Shown: piece after piece, positions 43,006-53,191 of the stretch
Layout: the number at the start of each line of letters is the position of its first letter
Position numbering within the stretch: position 1 is the stretch's first letter
Source of the DNA: an uncultured delta proteobacterium
Lineage (GTDB): Bacteria; Desulfobacterota; RBG-13-43-22
Reading direction: 5' to 3'
Assembly (NCBI GenBank): GCA_963790475.1
Contig: CAWBOS010000006.1
Coordinates: 480,001-544,000, forward strand
DNA: 64,000 nt
Translations under genes and position numbers: made by a program
The notes under the pieces: model-generated
The model's database searches: none
Told to the model about the DNA's origin: nothing
Seen by the model: only the letters and a program-made list of their open reading frames with translations

Positions 43006-43072
43006 TGTCACTCTAAGATAGTTACCAGTTTGTTTAATAATATTTAAAAAACTCTTGACAACAATAAACCAG

Positions 43073-43250
43073 ACGCAAAGAACGCAGAGAGATTTTTTTG
43101 AACAATTCCAAGAGAGACGGGATTGTTCAAACCAGCTCTGGCCTCCAGCCAAACTGACCTCTGGAGGGTAGCGAAGGCTTTTCCCTTTCTGGCCTCTCAA
43201 CAGAAAGGGAAAATTATTTCTTCTTTGCGCCCTTTGCGACTTTGCGGTGA
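43073..43250. repeat. REP-like inverted repeat element built from CGCAAAG units
   Basis: ACGCAAAGAACGCAGAG..CTTTGCGCCCTTTGCGACTTTGCGGTGA; first 11 bp stranded at 41462-41472. Confidence 0.75.
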
Positions 43251-43292
43251 GAATATTAATTTTAAAATTTAAAAGGCAAACTGATACAAATT

Positions 43293-45020
43293 ATGAAAGT
43301 CCGTCTGGCAAAAAAGGCCGGGTTTTGTATGGGGGTCCGCCGGGCAATGGAACTGGCCCTGGAGGCCAGCTATCATTTTCCCGACCCCGTTTACACCTAT
43401 GGGCCCTTGATCCATAATCCGCAGGTTTTATCGATGCTGGAAAAAAAAGGCATCCGAATCCTGGACCCTGTTGAAGATCGGCAAACGGGCACGGTCATTA
43501 TCAGGGCCCACGGCATAGCTCCCCTGGATCACGAGCGGTTGAAAAAGAGCGCCTGTACCATCATTGACGCCACTTGTCCCAGGGTGATTAAGGTCCAGGC
43601 CATTATCCGGAAATACGCCCAGGAAGGATATACCACGATCATTGTCGGTGATCGGGATCATCCGGAAGTCATCGGGCTGCTGGGCTATTCTAAAGGCCAG
43701 GGGATTGTCCTGACCCATCTGGATCAGGTTAAAGACCTGCCGGATTTAGACCAGGTGATTGTGGTGGCCCAAACTACCCAGGACGAATCCCTCTTTCAGG
43801 CGGTGGTTGAAAAAATAAGAGATCGGTTTCCCAACAGCCTGGTTTTTAATACCATCTGTAATGCCACTCATCAACGGCAGGAAGAGGTGCGCAACCTGGC
43901 TCGGCAGGTGGACGGGTTGGTCATCGTGGGGGGCTACAACAGCGGGAATACCCGGCGTCTGGTGGCGATCGCCGAATCCGTGGGTACCCCTTGCTTTCAC
44001 GTGGAGTCGGATGACCAATTGGATAAGAAAGAAATCAGCCGGTTCAAGACCGTCGGGGTTACCGCCGGGGCCTCAACCCCCAACTGGATGATTCGAAAAG
44101 TGGTCCAGGAACTGGAGATAACCAAGGGACAGGGCGAATATGTCTGGAGTGCCTTTCTCTTTCGCTGGGTACGTTTCTCGTTAAAGAGTAATCTGATGGT
44201 CGCCCTGGGGGCCGGGTGTTTGACCCTGGCGGCCTCCCGGTTACGGCAGACCCCTTTAAACTGGATATACTTTGCCGTAACTTTTTTCCATATTTATGCT
44301 ATGCACATTCTGAATCATCTCCTCGATCGAGGGGCCGCGGAATATAACGATCCGGATCGTTCTCGATTCTATCAGACGTACCGATCGGCGTTCTTCATTT
44401 CAGGGGCCGGGGCCGCAGTATTTTCCTTGGCCCTGGCCTTGACCCTGGGTTGGGCACCGTTCTTTTTCCTGGCGGCCATGAGCGCCCTGGGTATCCTCTA
44501 TAGTTTTCAGATCGTGCCGGCAGTTTGGCAGCGCTTTACAAGGATGAAAAAAATCAAAGACATCCCCGCCTCCAAAACGCTTTCCGTGGCCCTGGGTTGG
44601 GGCGGCGTAACCACCCTGATCCCGGCCATGGCCGAACATCAGCCGCTGAGTCTTTCCCTGGTTATTATCTTTTTTATCATTTGTTCTTTTGTTTATATCC
44701 GTTCCGGTCTTTTTGATGTCTTGGATATCCAGGGGGATTTGATCGTCGGCAAGGAGACCCTCCCGATCATTATCGGAGAAGAAAAAACCATCCGTTTCCT
44801 GAAAAGGTTAAGCCTGGGGACGATGCTCGGCTTATCGGCAAGCGCCCTGGGGGGTCTTCTGCCCCATTGGAGCCTATGGCTTTTGATCTGTCTTTTGTAT
44901 CAATTTGGTTTTTTAATCATTTATGAAAAGAACCGGGCTTTGCCCGGGAATGTCTTTTTCGAAGCGATGGTGGAAGCCGGGTTTATCCTGGCCGGATTGG
45001 CAGCCCTCTTAATACCTTAG
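43293..45020 (+). CDS. ispH: IspH fused to a UbiA-like prenyltransferase domain
   Basis: AGFCMGV, LIHN, IRAHG, DATCP, TICNAT, AGASTP; C-terminal TM domain with NHLLD and DVLDIQGD..GKETLP. Confidence 0.93.
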   Translation: MKVRLAKKAGFCMGVRRAMELALEASYHFPDPVYTYGPLIHNPQVLSMLEKKGIRILDPVEDRQTGTVIIRAHGIAPLDHERLKKSACTIIDATCPRVIKVQAIIRKYAQEGYTTIIVGDRDHPEVIGLLGYSKGQGIVLTHLDQVKDLPDLDQVIVVAQTTQDESLFQAVVEKIRDRFPNSLVFNTICNATHQRQEEVRNLARQVDGLVIVGGYNSGNTRRLVAIAESVGTPCFHVESDDQLDKKEISRFKTVGVTAGASTPNWMIRKVVQELEITKGQGEYVWSAFLFRWVRFSLKSNLMVALGAGCLTLAASRLRQTPLNWIYFAVTFFHIYAMHILNHLLDRGAAEYNDPDRSRFYQTYRSAFFISGAGAAVFSLALALTLGWAPFFFLAAMSALGILYSFQIVPAVWQRFTRMKKIKDIPASKTLSVALGWGGVTTLIPAMAEHQPLSLSLVIIFFIICSFVYIRSGLFDVLDIQGDLIVGKETLPIIIGEEKTIRFLKRLSLGTMLGLSASALGGLLPHWSLWLLICLLYQFGFLIIYEKNRALPGNVFFEAMVEAGFILAGLAALLIP

Positions 45021-45029
45021 AAAAACAAG

Positions 45030-45869
45030 ATGTCCCTTCCCCTCGTCAGTGTAATTGTTCCCACTTACAACCGGTCTTCCCTGGTCCTTGAGGCCGTTGA
45101 TTCGGTCCTTAAGCAGACCTTCAGGGGCTTTGAGTTGATCGTGGTCGATGACGGGTCCAGTGATGGAACGGCAGAGGCCCTTAACCCCTATAAAGACCGA
45201 TTTGTATATTGCCTCCAGGACAATCGGGGGGTCAGTGCAGCACGCAATCAGGGCATCCGGATGGCACGGGGGCAATGGATTGCCTTTCTGGATTCCGACG
45301 ACCTCTGGCTGCCCGAAAAACTGGAAACTCAGATTCATTTCTTTTCCCAAAACCCGGAAGCCCTGATTTGCCAGACGCAAGAGATCTGGATTCGCAACGG
45401 CCGCCGGTTGATTCCCCTCAAAAAACATCAAAAATTTTCCGGCGATATTTTTGCCCCTTCTCTCCGGCTTTGTCTGGTCAGTCCTTCGGCGGTGATGATT
45501 AAGAAAGATTTGTTGGAGCGGGTGGGCTGTTTTGATGAGGCCCTGACGGCCTGTGAAGATTATGACTTGTGGCTCAGGATTTCAGCCCAATTCCCCGTTT
45601 TTTTGATCGACCAGCCCCTGGTGGTCAAACGGGGCGGACACCCGGACCAGCTTTCCCGAACCACACCGGCCCTGGATCGCTTTCGCATCCAGACCCTGAT
45701 TAAAATCCTGAATTCCAGGGAGTTAACGGTCCCCCAATACAACCTGGCCTCTAAGGAATTGGAAACCAAATGCCGGATTTATGGACAGGGATGCTTGAAA
45801 CGGGGCCGGATGGAGGAAGGCAACTTTTATCTTCGTCTGCCGGGTTCAATATTAAAGGCCCCATTTTAA
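45030..45869 (+). CDS. GT2 family glycosyltransferase
   Basis: VSVIVPTYN, VDDGSSD, FLDSDD, CEDYDLWLR. Confidence 0.93.
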   Translation: MSLPLVSVIVPTYNRSSLVLEAVDSVLKQTFRGFELIVVDDGSSDGTAEALNPYKDRFVYCLQDNRGVSAARNQGIRMARGQWIAFLDSDDLWLPEKLETQIHFFSQNPEALICQTQEIWIRNGRRLIPLKKHQKFSGDIFAPSLRLCLVSPSAVMIKKDLLERVGCFDEALTACEDYDLWLRISAQFPVFLIDQPLVVKRGGHPDQLSRTTPALDRFRIQTLIKILNSRELTVPQYNLASKELETKCRIYGQGCLKRGRMEEGNFYLRLPGSILKAPF

Positions 45870-46064
45870 GGCGAGCGCTTCAATTTCAGATCAAGACTAA
45901 TCTAAGACCCCTAATGATAAGTCCCGTAGAACCTTTAACCCTTCTCGTCCGATTCTGTTTTTCCTTGCCGGCTTTCCTATTGCCTTTCTAATAAATTCAT
46001 TTAATAATACCTTAATAGACTTAGAATCCTGGTGACAAGATTTTATTCCCTGGGGAAAGCCCTT

Positions 46065-48431
46065 ATGATTTCTGAAAATTTTCTTGAACTGCTGGAATAT
46101 CGCAAGCTCCTGGTGATCATAGCTGAACAGGCCCGTTGCCCGGCTACCCGTCAGGCGGTTTTGGCAATCCGCCCTTATGGAAACCTGCCTGATATCCGGC
46201 AACGTCAGCGCCTGGTGGAAGAACTGAGAAGGCTAACGGCGGAAGGGGCCCCCTTGCTGATTTTCAACTTTGCCGATATCAAACCATTTCTGGAAAAGGC
46301 CCGGCCCGTTGGGGCGGTCCTGGACCCCTTGGAACTTTCGGCCTTTATGCCTCTGATGCAATTATCCTCGGCCATAGCTGGCCAAATAAGAGAAGCCGAA
46401 GAAATCCCGTATTTAAAAATACTGACCCGGAATTTAAAAGGTTTTCCTGAGCTGATGGCCTTTCTGGAAAGGGCCTTGGATCAGGAAGGCAATATCCTGG
46501 ACCAGGCCTCCCCTTTACTGGCGGAGTTAAGAAGAGAGATCCGGCAATTGGAGGCCCAGATCCGCAGGAAATTGGAGGAGATCGTTCGAGAGCCCCGGGT
46601 TGAGGCATTTTTACAGGATGATTTTATCACCCAGAGGTCAGGACGGTGGGTCATCCCGGTGCGTATGGATTCCAAAACCCAGATTCCGGGAGTGGTACAC
46701 GATGTCTCCAGAACCGGTGAAACGGCCTTTGTCGAACCCTTGAATATAATCAGCCTGGCCAACCAATTGGAAAATTTGATGGCCGAGGAAAAGGCCGAGG
46801 TGATCCGCATCCTTCGGGAACTTTCCATCATGGTTCGCCAAAAAGCCGATGAAATAGAAAACGAACAAGCCATTCTGGTCCATTTGGATCTCCTTTCCTG
46901 CCTGGCCCATCTGGCCGATCGGATGCGTATGGAGACGCCGGAGATTCATGAGGGAACCGGAATACATCTGATCAACGCCCGTCACCCTTTGCTTTCCCTT
47001 TCCTTCGAAAAAAAGGGACCCGGGAAACAGGTCGTTCCCCTGAATCTTGAACTGGGCACGGAGACCACCGTGATGGTTATTACCGGAGTCAATGCCGGTG
47101 GAAAGACCATTGCCCTCAAAACCAGCGGACTGCTCCTGCTTATGGCCCTTTCCGGGATGCCGGTTCCGGCTGACTCGGCCTCGAGGTTTCCCTTGGTGGA
47201 TGGTCTTCTGGCGGATATCGGGGACGAACAATCCATTGAAAGCAGCCTCTCCACTTTTTCGGCGCATATCCAAAGGATTACCGGCATCATCGATCAGGCC
47301 GATGAAAGGACCCTGGTGCTGATGGATGAACTGGGGACCAGCACGGACCCGGTGGAAGGGGCAGCCATTGCCTGCGCCGTGTTAAAAGATCTGCAAGACA
47401 AAGGGGCTTTGGTCATGGGCACAACCCACCTGACCGAAATCAAAGGGTTTGTGCATCGCAGCGCGGGAATGGTCAATGCCTCCATGGAATTTGATCAAAA
47501 GACGCTTACTCCCTTGTATCGACTGCGGATGGGTGAGCCGGGTCAATCCCATGCCCTGGAAATCGCCAGGCAGTATGGTCTTCCGGAAACGATTCTGGAA
47601 ACGGCCCACAAACTGTTGAGCGGGCGGGAAGAGGGTTTTGAACAATTAGTGGCCGATTTGAACCTGAAGAGAAGGGAATATGAAACCGGCCTTGAGGAAT
47701 TAAAAAGGCTCCAGGGACACCTGGCCGAGGAAAACCGGAGAATAGAAGGGATACTCACCGAAACGGAAAAGCAGCAGAAAGAGATCCTGGCCAAGGCCTA
47801 TCTGGAGGCCATGGAGATTGCCGCTCAGACCAAACGGCAGATGAATCTTCTTTTGGAAGATATTAAAAAAACGGATAAGGCGACCCGGCGTTTGGCTCTT
47901 CAAAAATTAAGGGAAGAAGAGGAGGCCCTGTCCAGGAAACTGAGGGAATTTAAGGGCCAGAGGGAGGATGGCCCGGCCATAGAGTCTCTCCGCGAAGGGG
48001 ATCGCATCTTTATCCGCTCCCTGGGCTGTGATGCTGAAGTACTGGCTGTTTCGTTAAAACATAATCGTATAAAGGTGATGGTGGAAGGCCGGGAAATCGA
48101 GGTCCCCATAACGGATGTGGGATTTAAAGAAGGTAAATCAGGGCCGCATAAAAAAGCATCCGCATCGGCACTGGCTTTTCAGGAAACGACCCCTTCCCGA
48201 ATCAACCTGATCGGCCAGAGGGTGGACGATGCCCTGTATCTGATCGAACCCTTTCTGAATCATGCCTCTTTAGACGGTTTGCCGGAAGTCACCATCGTTC
48301 ACGGAATCGGCACCAGGATTTTGGCCAAGGCGGTACGCGATTTTTTGAAGGGCCACCCTTTGGTGAAAGGATTCCGAAAAGGGGATCGTTCCGAAGGGGG
48401 GGAAGGAGTCACTATCGCCGGGTTGGAATAG
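46065..48431 (+). CDS. mutS2: endonuclease MutS2
   Basis: ITGVNAGGKT, SLSTFSAH, DELGTSTDP, TTH, Smr domain IVHGIGT..GGEGVT. Confidence 0.95.
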   Translation: MISENFLELLEYRKLLVIIAEQARCPATRQAVLAIRPYGNLPDIRQRQRLVEELRRLTAEGAPLLIFNFADIKPFLEKARPVGAVLDPLELSAFMPLMQLSSAIAGQIREAEEIPYLKILTRNLKGFPELMAFLERALDQEGNILDQASPLLAELRREIRQLEAQIRRKLEEIVREPRVEAFLQDDFITQRSGRWVIPVRMDSKTQIPGVVHDVSRTGETAFVEPLNIISLANQLENLMAEEKAEVIRILRELSIMVRQKADEIENEQAILVHLDLLSCLAHLADRMRMETPEIHEGTGIHLINARHPLLSLSFEKKGPGKQVVPLNLELGTETTVMVITGVNAGGKTIALKTSGLLLLMALSGMPVPADSASRFPLVDGLLADIGDEQSIESSLSTFSAHIQRITGIIDQADERTLVLMDELGTSTDPVEGAAIACAVLKDLQDKGALVMGTTHLTEIKGFVHRSAGMVNASMEFDQKTLTPLYRLRMGEPGQSHALEIARQYGLPETILETAHKLLSGREEGFEQLVADLNLKRREYETGLEELKRLQGHLAEENRRIEGILTETEKQQKEILAKAYLEAMEIAAQTKRQMNLLLEDIKKTDKATRRLALQKLREEEEALSRKLREFKGQREDGPAIESLREGDRIFIRSLGCDAEVLAVSLKHNRIKVMVEGREIEVPITDVGFKEGKSGPHKKASASALAFQETTPSRINLIGQRVDDALYLIEPFLNHASLDGLPEVTIVHGIGTRILAKAVRDFLKGHPLVKGFRKGDRSEGGEGVTIAGLE

Positions 48432-48442
48432 ATGTCTTCTAG

Positions 48443-50108
48443 GAGCCTGTCGGACTTAAATTTGTCCGGTTAAATTTTCGTTTAAAAAATCTATTAAAAA
48501 TGTGCTCAAAAGACAAGATTTCTCTTGGCATAAGTTGGATTCTATGATAAAATACAAATTAATTCAATTAGTTAAATATATTCGACTTTAAAATTACGTA
48601 GAGAGAAAATATGAATCCTCCACGATTTAAGTGTTGTGACCGCGATACCCTATACCTGATGCCTCCCTCTATTCATGATTGGCTACCACGAAATCACTTG
48701 GCCAGATTTATTGTGGAGGTGGTCACCAAACTTGACTTGAGGCCCATCGAAAACGCCTACGACGGCCGGGGTTCCGAGGCTTATTCTCCGACCATGCTGG
48801 TGGCATTGTTGTTTTACGGTTATGCCACGGGCGTCTTCTCCAGCCGCAAACTGGAATTGGCCACCCATGAGTCGGTAGCTTTTCGTTATATTACGGCCAA
48901 TCAACACCCGGATCATGACACGATAGCTGCCTTCCGCAAACGTTTTCTGGAAGAGTTAAAGCCTCTATTCGCCCAGATCCTGATGATTGCTCAAACAATG
49001 GGTATAGCCAAACTGGGCCAAGTGGCCTTAGACGGAACTAAGATCAAGGCCAATGCCTCCCAACATAAGGCCTTGAGTTGGGATCATGCCTGTAAACTGG
49101 AACAACAGATTCAGGCAGAAGTTGACTCGCTCTTACGTCAGGCCGAAGTAGCGGACCGGGAAGCGGTTCCCGAAGGGATGAGTATCCCGGAGGAACTTTC
49201 TCGAAGAGGGAAACGGCTTGAAACTATAGAACTGGCCAAGCGAGAGATTGAACGTCGAGCCGCTGAGCGTTATGCCAAAGAGCAAGAAGTCTACGACCAA
49301 AAGATGGCCGAACGTTATGCCAAGGAGCAAGAGGGTGGTAAGAAACCCCGAGGACGTGAACCTAAACCACCCGAGTCCGGCCCTAAAAAAACCGATCAAG
49401 TGAATCTGACCGATGAAGATTCCCGGATTATGCCCGCTGCCGGCGGGACCTTTGAACAAGCTTACAACGCCCAAGCCGGGGTGGATCTTTCAACCATGCT
49501 TATTGTCGAAAATCATGTTACCCAACAACCCAATGACAAGCAAGAAATCCAGACGACCTTGGAAAACCTGATTTCCTTACCAGACCAGTTAGGCACGGTG
49601 GACACCCTAGTGGCCGATTCAGGCTATTTTAGTGAGGCCAACCTGGATAAGTGCGCAGCCGAGCAGATTACCCCCTATATTGCTGTAAATCGTGAAAAAC
49701 ACAATATTCCCTTAGAAGAACGTTTCGCCCAGCCCGAACCTTTGCCGGAAGAGGCTGATGTGCTTACCCGAATGAAGCATCGGCTAAAAACATCAGAGGG
49801 CAAAAAGATATACGCCCAGCGGAAGAGTACGGTCGAACCGCTATTCGGCATTATCAAGGCCATTATGGGCTTTCGACAATTTTTCCTTCGCGGGTTAGAG
49901 ATGGTCAGCGGCGAATGGAATTTAGTCTGTATGGCCTACAACTTAAAAAGAATGTATGCCCTAGCTGCCAAATAAAAAAATCCACAAAGAAAAATTACAA
50001 AAAAAGGCCTTATTCTATTATCTTGAACTTACTATAACCCTTTGGAGTCCTCAAAATAAAATCGGACCTCTCGGGAGACAATATCTTTAGCTCAAGATCG
50101 ACAGGCTC
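48443..50108 (+). mobile_element. IS1182-family element
   Basis: IRs GAGCCTGTCG / CGACAGGCTC; CTAG target duplication at 48439-48442 and 50109-50112. Confidence 0.92.
48611..49975 (+). CDS. IS1182 transposase
   Basis: WLP..HLARF, PDHDTIAAFR, LDGTKIKANAS, ADSGY, Y..RK.TVEP.FG.IK. Confidence 0.95.
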   Translation: MNPPRFKCCDRDTLYLMPPSIHDWLPRNHLARFIVEVVTKLDLRPIENAYDGRGSEAYSPTMLVALLFYGYATGVFSSRKLELATHESVAFRYITANQHPDHDTIAAFRKRFLEELKPLFAQILMIAQTMGIAKLGQVALDGTKIKANASQHKALSWDHACKLEQQIQAEVDSLLRQAEVADREAVPEGMSIPEELSRRGKRLETIELAKREIERRAAERYAKEQEVYDQKMAERYAKEQEGGKKPRGREPKPPESGPKKTDQVNLTDEDSRIMPAAGGTFEQAYNAQAGVDLSTMLIVENHVTQQPNDKQEIQTTLENLISLPDQLGTVDTLVADSGYFSEANLDKCAAEQITPYIAVNREKHNIPLEERFAQPEPLPEEADVLTRMKHRLKTSEGKKIYAQRKSTVEPLFGIIKAIMGFRQFFLRGLEMVSGEWNLVCMAYNLKRMYALAAK

Positions 50109-50428
50109 CTAGGTTCCGTAAATTTGAGGAGGGCCGAAGTCAGGTCCATTTTCTTTGCATTTACTGTAACGCGGGACGCTCTTTTAAAATTTAGTAACTT
50201 AAAAGATGCCGAGAGCATCTATCCTTACTGTCCTTGGCATAATATGTTTTTGACCATAGCCAGACAGTTTGTTAATTGAAGTATTAAAGATTGTCCCTTC
50301 TTTTTAGGGGATATGATAGGATAATATGTTAGTATAGGCTTCAGGGAAATTTGGGAAAAAATGTAACCCCGGGGTGTCTGTTTTGACCCGGAGCAGAAAA
50401 AATCAAAGTGGATCGGAAAGGAGGAAAA

Positions 50429-51865
50429 ATGGCAGGTATTGTATCATTCGGCGCATACATTCCTTATTACAGGTTGCCTCGAAGCGTCATCGGGCAGATG
50501 TGGGGTCAGCCCGGAGGACGCGGGGAGAAGGCAGTTGCAGGATCCGATGAAGACCCGGTGACCATGTCGGTCGCCGCCGGATTGGACTGTCTGAAAGGTA
50601 TTGAAACAAAAACCATCAACGCCCTGTTTATGGCGACAACCTGTTCTCCTTATCGAGAACGACAAGGTGCGAACATCGTGGCTAATGCTCTGGATATTCC
50701 CAGAGCATCCCGGAACGCGGACTTTGGAAACTGCCTCCGGGCCGGGACAACGGCCATGCTCTGCGCTCTGGATGCCGTTAAAGCCAGATCTTTAAATAAG
50801 GTACTGGTCACGGCCGCGGATATGCGATTAGGCGGTGCGGCCGGTGGTGATGAACAGGGCTTTGGCGATGGGAGTGCCGCCCTGCTTTTCGGGGATGAAA
50901 AGGTCGTGGTTGAAGTGGAAGGCTTCCATACTTTTTCTGATGATTTATGCGATTTGTGGCGGGACAGCGATGATAAATTCGTCCGTCACTGGGAGGATCG
51001 ATTCGGACGTGAACAGGGATACTTGAAAATCCCGGCCGAAGCCGTTGAAGCCGTATTGAAAAAATGCAACACGGCCAAAGGAGACATCGCCAAAGTCTGC
51101 CTTTACGGCGCCAATGCCCGGGTTCAGGCCACCCTGGGCAAACAAATGGGCTTTAAACCTGAGCAACTTCAGGATCCCCTGCTGAACATGGTGGGGGACA
51201 CCGGCGCGGCGCTTCCGTTGATGATCCTGGTGGCCGCTCTGGAGGAGGCCAAGCCCGGAGACCGGATACTGCTGGTGAGCTATGGCAACGGGAGTGATGC
51301 CATCCTGCTCCGGGTGACCGAAGAGATTAAAAATATCAAAAACCGGAGAGGCATCAAACAACACCTGAACATCAAAAAAACCCTTAACAGCTACGGCAGA
51401 TACTTGAGATGGCGGGAAATGGTCTCCCTGGCGCCGGCGGCCAGACCCCCGGCCGGTGCGGCCTCCATGTCGGCCCAATGGAGGGAACACGAAACGGCTA
51501 TACCGCTCTATGGGGTAAAGTGCAGACAATGCGGGACTCCACAGTTGTATCTCAGCCAGAGTTCCACCCGGGCCCATATCTGCCTGCAATGCCAGGCCAA
51601 AGATGATTTTGAGCCCTATCGATTTGCCGACAAGCCGGGAACGGTAAGGAGCTTCAGTCATGACTTTTTGGCCGGTGGAATCGATCCTCCGGCAACGGCC
51701 GCGGTCGTTGACTTTGATGGAGGGGGACGGGGTCAATTTCTTATGGTTGATCGTGAACCGGATGAATGCCAGGTGGGTATGCGGGTCGAGATGACCTTCA
51801 GACAGCTTCGACATACCCTCGGGGCTCACACCTATTTTTGGAAATGCAAACCAGTAAGGGATTAA
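50429..51865 (+). CDS. HMG-CoA-synthase-like domain fused to a Zn-ribbon/OB-fold (DUF35) domain
   Basis: GAYIPYYRL, DEDPVTM, GDGSAA, VSYGNG; C-terminal CRQC..CLQC and VGMRVEMTFR..YFWK. Confidence 0.88.
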   Translation: MAGIVSFGAYIPYYRLPRSVIGQMWGQPGGRGEKAVAGSDEDPVTMSVAAGLDCLKGIETKTINALFMATTCSPYRERQGANIVANALDIPRASRNADFGNCLRAGTTAMLCALDAVKARSLNKVLVTAADMRLGGAAGGDEQGFGDGSAALLFGDEKVVVEVEGFHTFSDDLCDLWRDSDDKFVRHWEDRFGREQGYLKIPAEAVEAVLKKCNTAKGDIAKVCLYGANARVQATLGKQMGFKPEQLQDPLLNMVGDTGAALPLMILVAALEEAKPGDRILLVSYGNGSDAILLRVTEEIKNIKNRRGIKQHLNIKKTLNSYGRYLRWREMVSLAPAARPPAGAASMSAQWREHETAIPLYGVKCRQCGTPQLYLSQSSTRAHICLQCQAKDDFEPYRFADKPGTVRSFSHDFLAGGIDPPATAAVVDFDGGGRGQFLMVDREPDECQVGMRVEMTFRQLRHTLGAHTYFWKCKPVRD

Positions 51866-51889
51866 GTTGCCTAAAAAAGGAGGTCTAAA

Positions 51890-53098
51890 ATGCCAGGAAG
51901 TATTAGAAACAGGGTAGCCATCCTGGGAATGGGATGTACCAAGTTTGGCGAACGTTGGGACGCCAGTGAAGCAGACCTGATCGTTGATGCCGCCTATCAG
52001 GCCTATAAAGATGCCGGGATAGGGCCTGATGAAGTTCAGGCCGCCTGGGTCGGGACGTCCACCGGCAGAACGGGAATGACGATCTCAGAACCATTGAGGC
52101 TTCAGTATATTCCGGTGACACGGGTGGAAAACGCCTGTGCCACCGCCTCGGACGCCTTTCGAAATGCCTGCTATTCCGTGGCGGCCGGGATTTACGATAT
52201 GGTATTAGCCATCGGCATCGATAAGTTCAAGGACAGCGGAATCAGCGGTCTGGGGGATGGAGGAACCCCCGGCCCCAGCCATTCCATGATCGCCGAATCC
52301 ACGCCGCCGAGATCTTTTGCCATGCTGGCCACCACCTATTTCGCCAAATATGGCCTGAGCTATGAAGAGGGGAAACACATGATCGGGAGGGTTTCCTGGA
52401 AAAGTCATCAGAACGGCATGCGCAATAAAAATGCCCACTTCCAGGGAAATGTGACTATGGATCAAATTATCAATGCCCCCATGGTTTCCTGGCCCCTGGG
52501 TCTGTTTGACTGTTGCGGAGTCAGTGATGGCTGTGCCGCAGCCATTATAACGACGCCTGAAATCGCCAAAGCCAGAAAGAAAGATCCGGTATTTGTCAAG
52601 GCCCTTCAGATTGCCATGGCCCCCAGAGACGGCAATTTTAATCAGAATTTTGACTTTTTGCACGTCGAAGCAACCGTCCGGGCGGGGGAAAGGGCCTTTG
52701 AAGAGGCCGGGATCAAAAATCCACGTGAGGAGATCAGTATGGCCGAGGTTCACGACTGCTTTTCCATCACCGAAGCCGTGACCATGGAAGATTTGAGATT
52801 CAGTCCCCGCGGGAAGGTCAGGGATGACATTGAAAACGGTTTCTTTGACCTGGACGGTAAACTCCCCGTTCAGCTTGACGGGGGGCTGAAATGCTTCGGC
52901 CATCCCGTTGGGGCCAGCGGGCTGCGAATGCTTTACGAGATGTATCTGCAGCTTCAGGGCCGGGCCGATGAACTGCTGAATCCAGGATTTCCTTCAAGGC
53001 AACTGCCGAATCCGAAACTGGGTTTGACTCATAATCTGGGCGGTGCCCCTGATGGCTGTGCTATTTTTGTGGGTATTGTCGGTTTAGAAGGGGCCTAA
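51890..53098 (+). CDS. SCP2-type thiolase / acetyl-CoA acetyltransferase
   Basis: VENACAT, SDGCAA, EVHDCF, GHPVGASG, HNLGG. Confidence 0.92.
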   Translation: MPGSIRNRVAILGMGCTKFGERWDASEADLIVDAAYQAYKDAGIGPDEVQAAWVGTSTGRTGMTISEPLRLQYIPVTRVENACATASDAFRNACYSVAAGIYDMVLAIGIDKFKDSGISGLGDGGTPGPSHSMIAESTPPRSFAMLATTYFAKYGLSYEEGKHMIGRVSWKSHQNGMRNKNAHFQGNVTMDQIINAPMVSWPLGLFDCCGVSDGCAAAIITTPEIAKARKKDPVFVKALQIAMAPRDGNFNQNFDFLHVEATVRAGERAFEEAGIKNPREEISMAEVHDCFSITEAVTMEDLRFSPRGKVRDDIENGFFDLDGKLPVQLDGGLKCFGHPVGASGLRMLYEMYLQLQGRADELLNPGFPSRQLPNPKLGLTHNLGGAPDGCAIFVGIVGLEGA

Positions 53099-53191
53099 AC
53101 CCATTCCCTTAAGGGAGGGTTGGCTGATGAACATTAAAACGCAATCGTCGGACAGCCCTCCCTGCATCAACAAAGAACTGAGCGGTGTATC

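Larger units (their letters stand above)
41473..43072 (+). mobile_element. IS110-family element, 1600 bp, AG core, inserted in a REP-like inverted repeat
   Basis: Flanks TCACCGCAA-AG and AG-ACGCAAAG rejoin into an arm complementary to 43223-43250. Confidence 0.9.
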
